A stretch of DNA of 64,000 nucleotides. Source: Xylographa opegraphella. Taxonomy: Eukaryota. Of this stretch, positions 63,240 through 64,000 are shown one piece after another. The stretch is from NCBI GenBank assembly GCA_022813865.1, contig JALDZX010000010.1, positions 62,001 to 126,000 on the forward strand, given 5' to 3'. The notes beneath the pieces are model-generated. The model had not been told where the DNA came from. It did not search any database and saw nothing but the letters and a program-made list of their open reading frames with translations. A program made the position numbers and the translations under genes. Numbering within the stretch: position 1 is the stretch's first letter; every line of letters begins with the position of its first letter.

Positions 63240-64000
63240 ATGTCTTCAGATTCAGTCCCAAAGATGGAATATCGTTATCTCGGCCGATCAGGCCTGAAGG
63301 TATCGGCCATCTCCCTTGGAGGTTGGCTCACATACGGTGGCCATGTCGAGAATGGTGATTGACAAGCATCGTGTATCTGGAAGCTTTATGTTTCGCTAAC
63401 GCTAGTTGTAGAGGGCACTTTCAACTGCATGAAGGCAGCATACGACTGCGGTATCAACTTCTTCGATTGTGCCGAAGGATACGCCGGTGGTGAATCCGAG
63501 AAAGTGATGGGCGAGGCAATCAAGAAATTCGGGTATTTATATCTCCTGATGTAATTCTGCAACCACAGTGGCTGACATTGTTGCAGCTGGAAACGCAACG
63601 ACCTCGTCATCTCTACCAAGATCTACTGGGGCGGGGCCAATGGCGACATCAAAGACAACAATGGTGGTCTTTCGCGAAAGCACATCGTCGAGGGTGTCAA
63701 CCTGAGTCTTGAACGTCTACAACTTGAATACGGTCAGTTGGTCTATAGTTATCTCAGAGCGCTCAAGCTGACATGCACAAGTCGACCTAATCTACGCCCA
63801 CCGACCTGACCGTGATACACCAATCGAGGAAACTGTTCGTGCCTTCAACCACATCATCAACACCGGAAAAGCATTCTACTGGGGTACCTCGGAATGGAAT
63901 GCCGACGAAATTGCCACTGCGTGGGGCATCGCCAACAAGCTCAATCTGATCGGGCCAGTAATGGAACAGCCGCAATATAACATGCTCGCTCGCGAGCGTG
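63240..64000 (+). CDS. Aldo-keto reductase, voltage-gated K+ channel beta-subunit type (partial, runs off the window)
   Basis: '[25 protein letters not shown]...[11 protein letters not shown]...[10 protein letters not shown]...[10 protein letters not shown]...YAHRPD...YWGTSEW'. Three introns lie within the window. Confidence 0.93.

Overview
Gene-dense, intron-rich genomic DNA from a filamentous ascomycete (Pezizomycotina, inferred from short GT-AG introns with CTRAC/CTAAT branch points and from gene content such as wetA). I reconstructed about 25 intact protein-coding genes by hand: a PhyH-like dioxygenase, a MARVEL-like protein, an FHA protein, an FLC/TRP-like channel, NDUFAF2-like, a calponin-homology protein, U1-C, WetA, Sdh5, Erv25, Nce102, Mim2, Cox9, RACK1/Cpc2, an ISWI ATPase, a class-3 ALDH, an 11-knuckle CCHC protein, an SDR, Pin3/Lsb1, a Kv-beta-type aldo-keto reductase and several hypotheticals. 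The window also holds an intronic U24 box C/D snoRNA, a cytochrome P450 relic and two accessory genes each broken by a single homopolymer frameshift. The most striking observation is in the gene for the 5'-splice-site recognition factor U1-C. It can only encode its conserved N-terminus (MPKFFCDYC) if a 47-nt AT-AC intron with major-spliceosome signals and a 6-nt micro-exon are spliced, which makes it a candidate splicing-fidelity or autoregulatory switch. I found no transposons, tRNA, rRNA or CRISPR. All gene models are manual and need RNA-seq confirmation.
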